Source of the DNA: Veleropilina oligotropha
Lineage: Eukaryota
NCBI GenBank assembly: GCA_048128005.1
Contig: JBEUKZ010000127.1
Location: forward strand, 248,001-312,000
Direction of reading: 5' to 3'
DNA: 64,000 bases
Shown: positions 48,601 to 55,955 of the stretch, in pieces
Layout of the letters: every line of letters starts with the position of its first letter
How positions within the stretch are numbered: position 1 is the first letter of the stretch
Notes under the pieces: generated by a model
The model's input: only the letters and a program-made list of their open reading frames with translations
What the model was told of the DNA's origin: nothing
Databases searched by the model: none
Program-made: the position numbers and the translations under genes

Positions 48601-51600
48601 AGACACACATACATACAGGATGTGGCATAGACGATTGATACGACTTGGTCTACGGAAGGCAAGGGTAACGTTATTGATGAAGTTGAGATTGTTCCCATTA
48701 AAACGCTCTCTCCATTGCACACAGCATCCGTCTGATTGGATAGAGACTTAAAACCGATATCAACAAAATATGTTCAACATAGGTCGATAATCTTCCAAAA
48801 GAACCAACAAACAAACATATGGACCAGTTGTTATTATGAGAAATATGGTAACTGAAACAGTAACTGTTGTTTACTTGATATTTCAGGACAGCTCCATCGT
48901 GTTGGAGTCTTGGAGGATGTTCCACAGCATCGCGGCCCAGACAGAGTACGTGGTCAGCCTCTGTTACTCTCTACAGGATATGGTGGTCATTGGTCTGGAG
49001 GAGAGAGAGCACTACCAGGACAAACTGGACAAGCAAGAGCCGCGACCAGGCCCAAGCAACCGGGCAGGCAAGAACCTGCCGGAAATGGAGGTGATTTTCA
49101 TTACTGATCTTATCTTTTTCTAAAACTTTAATAATAATTATTTGGGGCTTCAATTAAGAACACGTCTTTAAAATTATCTGATACTGTATTTTTTAATTTG
49201 GTATAAACATTACTTATGATATAATTATGTAAATAATTACCTTTCAGAGTCAGTTATTTGCAAAGCAGAGCTTTCGCCACCATCTCCGTGGCTTCTTCAG
49301 TGCTGTGTGATGTCACTCCTTCATCACACGACCGTCGCTAGGACGATCATGTGACAGCAGGTAGCTGTAGATGGCCGGCAGGTCGGATCCCGTGTCGCGG
49401 TTCAGGGTGGGGGCTTTCGTCCTGATCTCAACGGACTCGTTGATCTTTCTCCACCACAGTTGGGCCTCTCTGCTAAGCACCTTAATGTCTGTGGACTGGA
49501 TCGAATGGCCTGTGTTCGCGATATGTTCCCCGATGGCTGTGAGGGGGTCCGCTTGGATAGGTGATCTTTCATGCGAACCTCTAGAGTGCGATTTGTTTCA
49601 CCGATGTATGTGTGTCCACACCCCTGGCATTTCTTCTGGTACACCACACTTGTGAAGATCTGTTGTTTTGTCCTTGGGGTGTACAATGTTGGCCCTTATG
49701 GTGTTAAAGGGCTTGTGAAAGGTGGATACGCCGTGTTCTCGGAAGATGTGGCAGAGCTTTTCTTAGAGTCCTCGTACGTAGTATGGAAGGGCGACGCTGG
49801 GTCTTCGATGATCAGATTGGGTTCCCATGGGCTTAGGCTTGTCACTCGTGCATGGAAGTTTAAACATCCAAGTGGGGTAGCCATTGGCGATGAGTGCGTC
49901 CTTGATGTGTGCTACTTCCTCTGTTTTGTCTTGGTCATGAGTGATTAAGCGTTGGGCCCGATCCATCAGGGTGCGTACGACTGATCTTTTGTGTTGAAGG
50001 TGATGGTTGGAGGTGAAATTAAGGTACTGATCAGTACGAGTTGGTTTTCTGTATACAGCGGTGTTGGTGCTGGCGTTTTCTGTATACAGTGGTGTTGGTG
50101 CTGGTGTCTTCTGTATACAGTGGTGTTGGTGCTGGCATCTTCTGTATACAGTGGTGTTGGTGCTGGGGTCTTCTGTATACAGTGGTGTTGGTGCTGGCGT
50201 CTTCTGCTATGTGTATCAGTGTGTCCAGGAAAGGCAATTTTCCATCTCGCTCTGGTTCAGTGGTGAATCGGATGTTGGTGTCTATTTGGTTCATGTGGTT
50301 GATGTAAGATCACCTATCCAAACGGACCCCCCTCACAGCCATCGGGGAACATATCGTGGACACAGGCCATTCGATCCAGTCCACAGATGCTAAGGTGCTT
50401 AGCAGAGAGGCCCAACTGTGGAGGAGAAAGATCAACGAGTACATTCAGATCAGGAAGAAAGCCCCACCCTGAACCGCAACATGGAATATGACCTGCCGGC
50501 CATCTACTGTCAACTGCTGTCACATGATCGACCTAGTGATGGTCATGTGACCAAGGAGTGACATCACACAGCACTGAAGAAGCCACTGAGATGGTGGCGA
50601 AAGCTCTGCTTTGCAAATAACCGACTCTGAAAGGTAACTTTTTATATAATTATAACATTATGACAGAGTCCAGTAACAACATACATAGTATTATTCCTCA
50701 TGATGTTATAAATATATTTTGCAAAAAAATGCTTATCTTGTACTTCAGCTTGGTTTGCTAACATTGAACATTTTGGACTTGGTAAACCATCTTTGTTACG
50801 TATGAGTATGGCTATCATACCAGTGACAGTGCAAACCAATTTTTTCATGTTGCATGCAATTTGATTTAAATTGAATTACAAAAAGCAAGGGGTGCCATCA
50901 TGCTTTCGTTTGACCACCATTCTGTGGCACCAGGTCAGCATTTCACCATAAGGGACACGTTCAATGAACTTGAGGGCTTCGTCGCGGAGTAAGTCTTGGT
51001 ATACCCTATTTTGCCAGTGCACTGGGATTGTCGCCGCTTTGTGACACATTCGAGGGGTAGCAGCTCATCCAAGTGTATCTCGACGGGCGGGCCGGTCATC
51101 GTTGGCAGGGGCTGGTGGGGGCACATGTTGAACGTTGACGATGAATATCGGTTTAAGATCCAGTTGCGCATCTTCCCGTTGTTCTTAGGTTGACACGGAA
51201 AGGGGAGAGAAGCTGGCTGTCTTGGTGGGGCCGCGCATTTCAGGCAGTCACATGTCTCACCGCTATCAGTGCTTGCACCGCAACCGTCATTCATCGCCCT
51301 CACTGTGGCGAGGGAGGGGTGAGTTGCACCATCGATGGTTGGAAAGTCTAGTGGCAGGATGCCAAGAGCGAGGAGGGATTCGTGCGACAGGAAGAGGCTT
51401 TTAACGTTGCTGCTTACGTAGATCATTGAGTGACACGAAACGGCGTTACCCCGAGGGTCACGGCCCTCGAGGGCGGCAAAGAAGGTGCCGTCTATCTTGA
51501 TCTTGGACTTGTTGGCGGCCTGCAGGCTGAGGGAGACCGGATGGAGGCCTTCGCGAGAGAATCCGCTTGCCAAGAACTGGTCAAGGGATCAGACGTCCAA

Positions 51601-54246
51601 CAGAGCTCCACTGTCAGTGATCACGTCGACATCGGCGAAACCGCTCGTGGGTTGGGGCGGTGGTCGCTGAATGCTGTCCGATCGACGCTGACCCATAGGC
51701 GTCCGGTTGGATGCTTCGTGAAATGAGCATGGCACCATTCGCCGGCTGTGAAAATGTGGTGCTGCAGGACTATGACTTGAGGACTGCGATGGGCCTTTGC
51801 ACGTTGTTGAGCACGGTGACGGCGTGTATCGATGGGGGCGACTTGGGATACAGACTCCTCTACAAGGGTAACAGCGTTGGTCATTGTTGGTTGTGGCGAG
51901 CTGTGCCTGTTGCCGCCATGTCGCCGTTGTTTGGATAGGTAGCACTCTTTACACCGCTCGTGGGCTTTTCCATTCCAGCCACAAAACGTTTTAGCGAAAA
52001 GGAAGTAGTAGTCCATGTGGCAGTCCGGACAGGGTGCTTGCTTAGCTCGATCGGTACGCGTTGGCGGTGGGGCTGGTGTAGGCGATGGGGCTGTTGTAGG
52101 TGATGGGGCTGGTGTAGGCGATGGGGCTGGTGTAGGCGGCGATTGATGTCGTGGGTTGGTTGATGTGGTGGGTTGGTTGATGTGGCGGCTCCGTGCTGCT
52201 TGTGTGGCAAGATGCACTTAAATGAAGATGGTCGAGTTGTTGATGGAGGGGAGGGCATTCCTGGCCATTTCCCTTCCTTCGACGAAACCGATGATGTCAT
52301 TTACTGTCGTAAGTTCAGTCCCCTCAATGCCGAGGGCCTCACGGCGAATGTCCAGGTCGGCGATGCCCGCGAGCAGTACATCACGAATGGTCTCATCTGT
52401 GTAACTCGCTGTGTTGTCCCGACAGCACTGGCATCTGTGGTTGACTACAAAACTGCATGTCTCTGCTTTACCACGGACTCTGGTGGCAAATACCCGAAAT
52501 ATTTCGTCAGGGATTTGGTGCATAGCGACAAGCTCGGCACATTTCACACTGCGATACACAGGGATGATGGCAAGTAACTTCATCGCTGCTATCACTTCAG
52601 TGGTGGGACGCGAGGTTATTGCGGGGTCGGCCTTGAGGAAGGCTTCGCCGAGGGCATCTGTCGTGCACTGGAAGAGGTGTGGAGATTCTGACGCGTGATC
52701 GATACTGGAACCACAGCAGAAATTGTCCCATCGTCGTTCGAACCCTTCAACAACTACCGGGGCAGCCATTACATACAAGAGCCTTGTAATATGTATTACA
52801 CACCAGTTATATATTTTTTAAAATATGGAAAAGTATGTTGAGATCAAAATAACTGTTGAATGCTGAATGACTGCTTGTTGTAGTCATTGAATAATATACT
52901 GACTAGGGCATGATTTTAATTTCATACATTTTTGCTTCCATTGCAGACAGTTTTAAACCGAGAAACCATCAGTAAGATGATTGTTGCAGTGCGGCAGAAG
53001 CTGAAGGCTGTAACTGAGTGCAAGGTCGCCATGGCAGCCAATTGTTTGGGCAGCATTGTGGGTCGGCGGTTCCAGTCAATAATAGAGAAAGATTCAAGCA
53101 CTCAACAATACTTCTTGATATTTCATGAATTAGTATGTGTAATTATGTTCATTCTTGACCTTATATTTATATATATGTTATTAGTCTAGATTGACGTAGG
53201 TAGGTAGGTATGTAAATTTGTTTTACAACCACTTTTAGTCAATTTTTCAGCCTTTTCGCAGTCGGGACACCTGGTTTATGGTCTCGCTCTGATCTGACCG
53301 ACATACATTAGGGATGTGCCTTCTATTAGTTTTAAGCATTAGAATAAGCCATGCCCGAGCAGGGGTTTGAGCCCACATTACGTTTTACGATGCTCTACCA
53401 GTTGAGCTATCGAGGACAGTTAGATTTTGACCACATGTAAATACCTGTAGTAGAGTCTACACATTTGGACCTAGTCATTTAGAGGATCTAGATCCAGGAT
53501 GAATGCATTCGTTACACTTTGCCTTGATTCCAGGTTTCAGGTCTTTACATGTGGTCATAGACTGAAATTCTAGTTAACAATCTTCTAACAAATTGATTTA
53601 TATTCAATTTGATAATTAATACATTTTACATTTTTAAATGGAATATTATAGTAACTGTTGTAAATGAATCGTGTTGTAGTGTTAGATCTAGACTTGTTGC
53701 TGCAGGACTAACTGCTAGTTTAATATCATCACATATTCTTGTGTTTTAAATCTCGTTTTGTTTTTTAACAGTGTTATTATTAGCACTAAATTTTATAATA
53801 AAAATGAGGTGGATGCAATTGTTGGACTGGATTTTGTTCTAGAACAGTCAAACAATCAGCTTCACTTGTGATGGTGCCCACCGAAAAATGCACAAAAATA
53901 AAAAGTACTATTATGTCACACCTAAGTAATCTTTAGCACAAAATTATACTATATATATATATATTGTATGTTTTGTGAATTTTGGATATTGAAAGCATGA
54001 CGTTTTCATTTGCAGACTATTTCAATACTGGAGGACATTATCAACATGCTGAGATTGATACAAGACTGCACGGCTAACGATGTTCACAGCATTTGTCCTG
54101 CAGCTGTGGCGAGTGTGAAGGACATCGTGTCTGAGAGCAAGCGCCGTCCCAGCAGTGTCGCGTCCACTCGTCTCAATGACCCAGATCTGTTCTCTAAGAA
54201 GCCTAGTGCCCTAATAGGCAACCTGCTGCCCACTCTCAGGGAGTGA
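3562..54246 (+). CDS. Multi-exon uncharacterised protein, about 1248 aa, with two divergent internal copies of a large module each starting with a Dpy-30/RIIa-like motif
   Basis: 31 exons with AG acceptors and GT (one GC) donors join into one stop-free frame of 3747 nt: 3562-3612, 4674-4802, 5464-5666, 5940-5986, 9169-9347, 9840-9956, 10382-10454, 10837-10922, 13532-13591, 17990-18090, 18543-18694, 19143-19332, 20170-20262, 20875-20998, 21734-21813, 33276-33387, 34335-34427, 34686-34772, 41646-41733, 42333-42406, 42893-43017, 43503-43618, 44263-44372, 44647-44794, 45545-45714, 46156-46235, 46729-46795, 48098-48268, 48887-49090, 52947-53132, 54016-54246. The two halves align to each other. Small frame-preserving exons could have been missed. 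Confidence 0.85.
3770..3995 (-). mobile_element. tRNA-derived SINE, family B
   Basis: Shares aatgtcctgtatatttaca...gaacccactactgtt with copies at about 24005, 47320 and 55715; contains a B-box-like motif. Confidence 0.65.
4674..4802 (+). CDS. Host gene exon 2 (KAQYRPVV...ADTVFTE)
   Basis: ttttgttcag / GAG gtaagt; 129 bp. Confidence 0.8.
5464..5666 (+). CDS. Host gene exon 3, first Dpy-30/RIIa-like motif ([43 protein letters not shown])
   Basis: tttcgtcag / gttagt; ends in phase 2. Confidence 0.85.
5940..5986 (+). CDS. Host gene exon 4 ([15 protein letters not shown])
   Basis: tgtttag / gtaagt; phase 2 to 1. Confidence 0.8.
6310..6868 (-). mobile_element. Tc1/mariner-superfamily relic, 5' end with N-terminal HTH (DUF4817-like)
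   Basis: TA-cagggtgtctcaa terminus at 6854-6868; ORF 6491-6676 (…FRRKFN-like, [11 protein letters not shown]) continues frameshifted into [17 protein letters not shown]-type sequence. Confidence 0.8.
7218..8595. mobile_element. MITE with CATAG termini (P-element-like)
   Basis: cataggttgcagat / atctacaacctatg inverted ends; TSD unclear. Confidence 0.6.
8823..9062 (+). mobile_element. tRNA-derived SINE, family A
   Basis: gatagctcaactgg A box, gagttcaaacc B box, simple-repeat tail; second copy inverted at 53195-53419. Confidence 0.75.
9169..9347 (+). CDS. Host gene exon 5 (AQPIQEV...TTDGYT)
   Basis: tttctag / gtaagg; phase 1 to 0. Confidence 0.85.
9840..9956 (+). CDS. Host gene exon 6 ([39 protein letters not shown]), GC donor
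   Basis: attttcag / CAG gcaagt; phase 0 is required by the next exon. Confidence 0.75.
10382..10454 (+). CDS. Host gene exon 7 ([24 protein letters not shown])
   Basis: ctctttag / gttagt. Confidence 0.8.
10837..10922 (+). CDS. Host gene exon 8 (GVNLPVTV...[11 protein letters not shown])
   Basis: taatag / AAG gtattt; phase 1 to 0; aligns to RWTKDDI in the second module. Confidence 0.75.
11118..13365. mobile_element. Helentron-associated (HINE/DINE-1/pearl-like) non-autonomous element with internal tandem repeats
   Basis: subTIRs tgggccccgc / gcggggccca, (cgtc)n microsatellite, ~37-bp ggtcccaggttaa repeats, internal duplication (12345 vs 12875), 3' hairpin gtgatgg-cacc-ccatcac then ttgtt. 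Confidence 0.7.
13532..13591 (+). CDS. Host gene exon 9 ([20 protein letters not shown])
   Basis: long polypyrimidine tract plus cag / gtaaga. Confidence 0.85.
13661..13896 (-). mobile_element. Non-autonomous Helitron
   Basis: 5' TC, subterminal hairpin cccggcgaagacggg, 3' CTAG, inserted between A and T; near-identical to 24544-24791. Confidence 0.85.
14487..15389. mobile_element. hAT-like MITE (nested)
   Basis: caggagttgaaatt / aatttcgaggcctg ends, subterminal tgccggtc repeats; TSD not resolved. Confidence 0.55.
15430..16830. mobile_element. Tigger/pogo-like MITE (nested)
   Basis: ta-cagtggaacccacttaattgcata ... tatgcaaataagcgggttccactg-ta. Confidence 0.85.
17990..18090 (+). CDS. Host gene exon 10 ([34 protein letters not shown])
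   Basis: ttttaaattag / gtagga; an alternative in-frame acceptor exists at 18001. Confidence 0.7.
18172..18414. repeat. Minisatellite, 27 bp x 9 identical copies
   Basis: unit gatataattgactacactcaataacaa. Confidence 0.95.
18543..18694 (+). CDS. Host gene exon 11 ([20 protein letters not shown]...SQTA)
   Basis: tttcttacag / gtaata. Confidence 0.8.
19143..19332 (+). CDS. Host gene exon 12 (VPETPQSL...[12 protein letters not shown])
   Basis: aatttcag / gtaaat. Confidence 0.8.
20170..20262 (+). CDS. Host gene exon 13 ([31 protein letters not shown])
   Basis: cctccag / gtgagt. Confidence 0.8.
20875..20998 (+). CDS. Host gene exon 14 ([22 protein letters not shown]...AFAN)
   Basis: tttttacag / gtaaga. 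Confidence 0.85.
21734..21813 (+). CDS. Host gene exon 15 ([27 protein letters not shown])
   Basis: ttttcag / gtaagt. Confidence 0.8.
21910..21948 (-). ncRNA. Degenerate/variant minimal hammerhead ribozyme of the PLE
   Basis: attg-GTGATCA-a-gtcctc-agc-gaggac-GAAA-gc-TT-caat; stems intact, two substitutions versus the CUGANGA core. Confidence 0.65.
22270..23333. repeat. Minisatellite, 38 bp x 28, derived from the GIY-YIG coding sequence
   Basis: unit gcggcacaatcgctacatggtatgcggtaaacaggagc, the reverse complement of the codons for [13 protein letters not shown]. Confidence 0.95.
24005..24240 (-). mobile_element. tRNA-derived SINE, family B
   Basis: gagattcgaac (B box, minus strand) and shared body with 55715-55955. 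Confidence 0.7.
24366..24791 (+). mobile_element. Tandem non-autonomous Helitrons (3'-truncated copy 24366-~24530, complete copy 24544-24791)
   Basis: Both start a|tcttaatataat; the second ends with hairpin acccggcgaagacgggt and CTAG|t. Confidence 0.85.
25143..32195 (-). mobile_element. Full-length decayed DIRS1-type tyrosine-recombinase retrotransposon, antisense in host intron
   Basis: ITRs 25181-25386 and 31975-32180 (about 6 differences in ~200 bp); ICR 25467-25551 complementary to both ends; gag relic, RT ([23 protein letters not shown]), RNase H ([17 protein letters not shown]), methyltransferase and YR fragments (CPVRVL, HEVR). Confidence 0.95.
26215..28886 (-). pseudogene. DIRS pol (RT, RNase H, DAM-like MT) and tyrosine recombinase, frameshifted
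   Basis: ORF fragments 28158-28886, 27681-28124, 27189-27605, 26900-27085, 26616-26825, 26345-26671. Confidence 0.9.
32379..32800. mobile_element. HINE-like element with ~156-bp tandem core repeats
   Basis: 5' hairpin atgtctcccc..ggggagacat, (cgtc)n, then two or more copies of a tttggtttccggacgataact unit. Confidence 0.65.
33100..33254. repeat. G/C-run palindromic repeat element
   Basis: ggggag..tttcctaggaa..ctcccccc units ending ttacaccgg. Confidence 0.6.
33276..33387 (+). CDS. Host gene exon 16 ([22 protein letters not shown]...HSQK)
   Basis: ttgtttcag / gtaacc; phase 2 matches across the 11.5 kb intron. Confidence 0.8.
33903..34246. repeat. Minisatellite, 43 bp x 8
   Basis: unit caataatgcagcagtctgtgccttctgttgataatcctgacta. 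Confidence 0.95.
34335..34427 (+). CDS. Host gene exon 17 ([31 protein letters not shown])
   Basis: tttccag / gtaggc. Confidence 0.8.
34686..34772 (+). CDS. Host gene exon 18 ([29 protein letters not shown])
   Basis: atttcag / gtaagg. Confidence 0.8.
35557..36663 (-). mobile_element. Internally deleted hAT transposon with C-terminal dimerisation-domain relic (35810-36094)
   Basis: [28 protein letters not shown]; imperfect TIRs caggcatgtgaacc / agtttacatgtatg; caccgt direct repeat on both sides. Confidence 0.8.
37042..37083 (+). ncRNA. Minimal type I hammerhead ribozyme (PLE pLTR)
   Basis: ccct-CTGATGA-a-gacc-tgatagtg-ggtc-GAAA-ccg-GTC-aggg; intact core, palindromic accggt helix III, GUC cleavage triplet ending 37079. 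Confidence 0.9.
38410..38690 (-). mobile_element. SINE (Deu/Nin-like core), family C
   Basis: ttatatagcgc...acattattaccc...ccaggtacccatt...ctgggtg; related fragment at 54605-54800. Confidence 0.55.
41064..41223. repeat. Tandem repeat, 40 bp x 4
   Basis: unit tgagataagagtgagcactctatctgaatcagtcacttga. Confidence 0.95.
41646..41733 (+). CDS. Host gene exon 19, inter-module linker ([13 protein letters not shown]...HDKM)
   Basis: ttttgtag / gttagt. Confidence 0.75.
42333..42406 (+). CDS. Host gene exon 20 ([25 protein letters not shown])
   Basis: atttcag / AAG gtaatt. Confidence 0.8.
42893..43017 (+). CDS. Host gene exon 21, second Dpy-30/RIIa-like motif ([41 protein letters not shown])
   Basis: gcttcag / gtcagg; same phase-2 intron position as after exon 3. 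Confidence 0.85.
43503..43618 (+). CDS. Host gene exon 22 (MDLCYEKSS...EGTNAY)
   Basis: gttgcag / gttatt. Confidence 0.8.
44263..44372 (+). CDS. Host gene exon 23 (GPLSALATL...KKGSFK)
   Basis: ttcgtag / gtaagt. Confidence 0.85.
44647..44794 (+). CDS. Host gene exon 24 ([34 protein letters not shown]...FAKI)
   Basis: cctttcag / gtgcgt. Confidence 0.85.
45545..45714 (+). CDS. Host gene exon 25 (VCTHVTEL...KETICFK)
   Basis: ctaccag / gtatgc. Confidence 0.85.
46156..46235 (+). CDS. Host gene exon 26 ([26 protein letters not shown])
   Basis: ttcttcag / gtgagt. Confidence 0.85.
46729..46795 (+). CDS. Host gene exon 27 ([22 protein letters not shown])
   Basis: gttgcag / gtagga. Confidence 0.8.
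47320..47755 (+). mobile_element. tRNA-derived SINE, family B, with an internal 14-bp array
   Basis: gactctgaaatcactggct head and acatgtcctgct..gaacctgatgg..atatacaggaca tail match the reverse complement of 55715-55955. Confidence 0.8.
47387..47582. repeat. Minisatellite, 14 bp x 14 identical copies
   Basis: unit tcacaggagtgggt. Confidence 0.95.
48098..48268 (+). CDS. Host gene exon 28 (AAFHYQNGG...LLKALISG)
   Basis: gtttcag / gtaagt. Confidence 0.85.
48887..49090 (+). CDS. Host gene exon 29 ([18 protein letters not shown]...LPEME)
   Basis: atttcag / gtgatt. Confidence 0.85.
49264..49304 (-). ncRNA. Minimal hammerhead ribozyme (PLE pLTR)
   Basis: agca-CTGAAGA-a-gccac-ggagatg-gtggc-GAAA-gc-TC-tgct. 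Confidence 0.85.
50047..50206. repeat. Tandem repeat, 31 bp x 5, derived from PLE RT coding sequence
   Basis: unit ttctgtatacagtggtgttggtgctggcgtc, codons for [11 protein letters not shown] on the minus strand. Confidence 0.9.
50570..50610 (+). ncRNA. Minimal hammerhead ribozyme (inverted pLTR copy)
   Basis: agca-CTGAAGA-a-gccac-tgagatg-gtggc-GAAA-gc-TC-tgct. Confidence 0.85.
50888..52778 (-). mobile_element. Ty3/Gypsy relic: gag, aspartic protease, start of RT; no LTRs seen
   Basis: gag [14 protein letters not shown]...[19 protein letters not shown]; protease ITDSGA; PVHW and WCHRMVV.RKHDG at the RT start; frameshifted. Confidence 0.85.
52947..53132 (+). CDS. Host gene exon 30 (TVLNRETIS...FHEL)
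   Basis: cattgcag / gtatgt. Confidence 0.85.
53195..53419 (-). mobile_element. tRNA-derived SINE, family A
   Basis: Reverse complement of 8823-9062; head gtcctcgatagctcaactggtagagc. Confidence 0.75.
54016..54246 (+). CDS. Host gene last coding exon (TISILEDII...LPTLRE*)
   Basis: tttgcag acceptor, TGA stop. Confidence 0.85.
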   Translation, partial: TISILEDIINMLRLIQDCTANDVHSICPAAVASVKDIVSESKRRPSSVASTRLNDPDLFSKKPSALIGNLLPTLRE

Positions 54247-55042
54247 ATCTGAATGGATGGAATATAATACTGACGTTCGATGAATATCAGCTAAATGTGA
54301 TGATATATATTTGTGAGATTGCTTAGAAGAAGGTTGTATGATAGATGTGTCATATTATACCATCCTATTAGATGGGAAGAACAGTTGCAATGCGTGAAAT
54401 TAAATCTTGCACCAAAAACATAATATCTATGAGGCAATTAAAATTGTGATAGTATATAAGCAAAGTTTTTTATTTAGTTGCATTTCTCATTATCAAATAT
54501 TTTCTCACTACTTGAAACACTTTTATGACATGTGTTTTATGACATTATTATCTTAACTGATAAAATTGTAATTATTATAACTGTTTTACGTTATTAATAA
54601 TGAGAAGATTTATCTGCGCTTTCCCACACATACGAGATGCGTGCTCAATTTAGCGCTTACATTATTATTCCCTGGTTATTGGCCTGTTCATTCAATATTC
54701 CTTCTCAACTCTCTCTGAGAGTATTACGGCCAAGTACATGCCTGTTAGGCGCTTGACCAGTCATTCTGACATATTCTGCCACTGCCAACCAGGTACATAT
54801 AATTAGTGTTTAATTTTGTCCCCAGTAGTAATTTGTCGGATGAAATTTGCTTTATATTAATTATGTCCTTCTTATTTATTAATTTACCTTTAAGTTATTT
54901 ATTTTTATATAATTGTTGTTTATCTACTTTTAATAAATGCAATTAATGCACTTGAAAATGTAACAAAGACAGGTAAAATTTAATAATACATTTTGAGAAA
55001 AGGCAATATTTTAATTGGAAAGATTAAATCATCTGATGTATA

Positions 55043-55250
55043 CTGTAAACCCCTATATTTTAGTGACCATAAAATTTAGCGATTTCTCATATACCTATAT
55101 ATTAGCTGTCTTGTAAATTAGCGATTTGTAATCCATATGTTGATTGAGCTTTATTCCATAAAATAATTTGCGGCCTTTTATTTTTGCGATAATATTAGGT
55201 ACGCGAAACTTGCAAAAATAAAAGGCACGCTATAATATGGGGTTTTACAG
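55043..55250. mobile_element. TA-flanked MITE
   Basis: ta-ctgtaaacccctatatt ... aatatggggttttacag-ta. Confidence 0.75.
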
Positions 55251-55714
55251 TACATGTATATTATTTTTTATATTATTTTTATACATTTTTAAATTGTTTC
55301 ATATCATTAGACATTGCATGTTTATTTTATTATCTTTTACGTTTGTTATATAGAAGTTTGTAATTTCCACAATTGCATGATCTCACAGCAAGGGTATTTT
55401 TATATTAAATGACGAAGTAAAGCTAAATGCTGTATGAAATCACATTGTTTGCATGTTCTTCATGGTATTTCATTTCCCATGTCTCCGTCCCAGCTGTAGA
55501 GTGAGTTAAAGTGTTGCTCAAATCCAGCTTCCCACATTGTGGTTATACTCCTCACATGAGAGGTTTGAATCCTCAGCTCTGTGACTTTAACAGTCACAGC
55601 GGGCTATAACTAGCTGGGACTGGCGAGTTTTTTCAGATGTCCTGACTTTCCTCTTGCAAATATAATTATATTATTATGTATTATATATTCTGATATGGAT
55701 GGGATTGAATTGAT

Positions 55715-55955
55715 GCTGTCCTGTATATTTACAGCCATCAGGTTCATAGCAGGACATGTACATAGTTTCTTGGGAAGAAAGTCCGGCCGTCCGGGTAAAC
55801 CCGACCTCTCTGACCAGTTACGGACAATTGTGAATCATAATGAATAAATAATGCCATGTCCCAACCGAGATTCGAACCCACTACTGTTCATATCAGCGGA
55901 ATCAAGCCAGTGATTTCAGAGTCTGCAACCGAACCATACGACTGTCGGAGTGGCT
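55715..55955 (-). mobile_element. tRNA-derived SINE, family B
   Basis: gggttcgaatc B box on the minus strand; simple-repeat tail. Confidence 0.7.

Larger units (their letters stand above)
49237..50637 (-). mobile_element. 5'-truncated Penelope-like element (Poseidon-like) with inverted pLTR
   Basis: RT C-terminus ([25 protein letters not shown]), LIANGYP, GIY-YIG ([33 protein letters not shown]); ~330-bp inverted repeat 49237-49568 / 50306-50637. Confidence 0.92.

Noticed and set aside
37042..50610. Heterodimeric cleavage between the two sense hammerheads in one pre-mRNA
   Set aside because: Their helix III palindromes differ (accggt vs agct), they lie 13.5 kb apart and are in different introns.
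49219..50653. atataattat as TSD of the Penelope element
   Set aside because: Low-complexity AT sequence, not directly abutting either element end.
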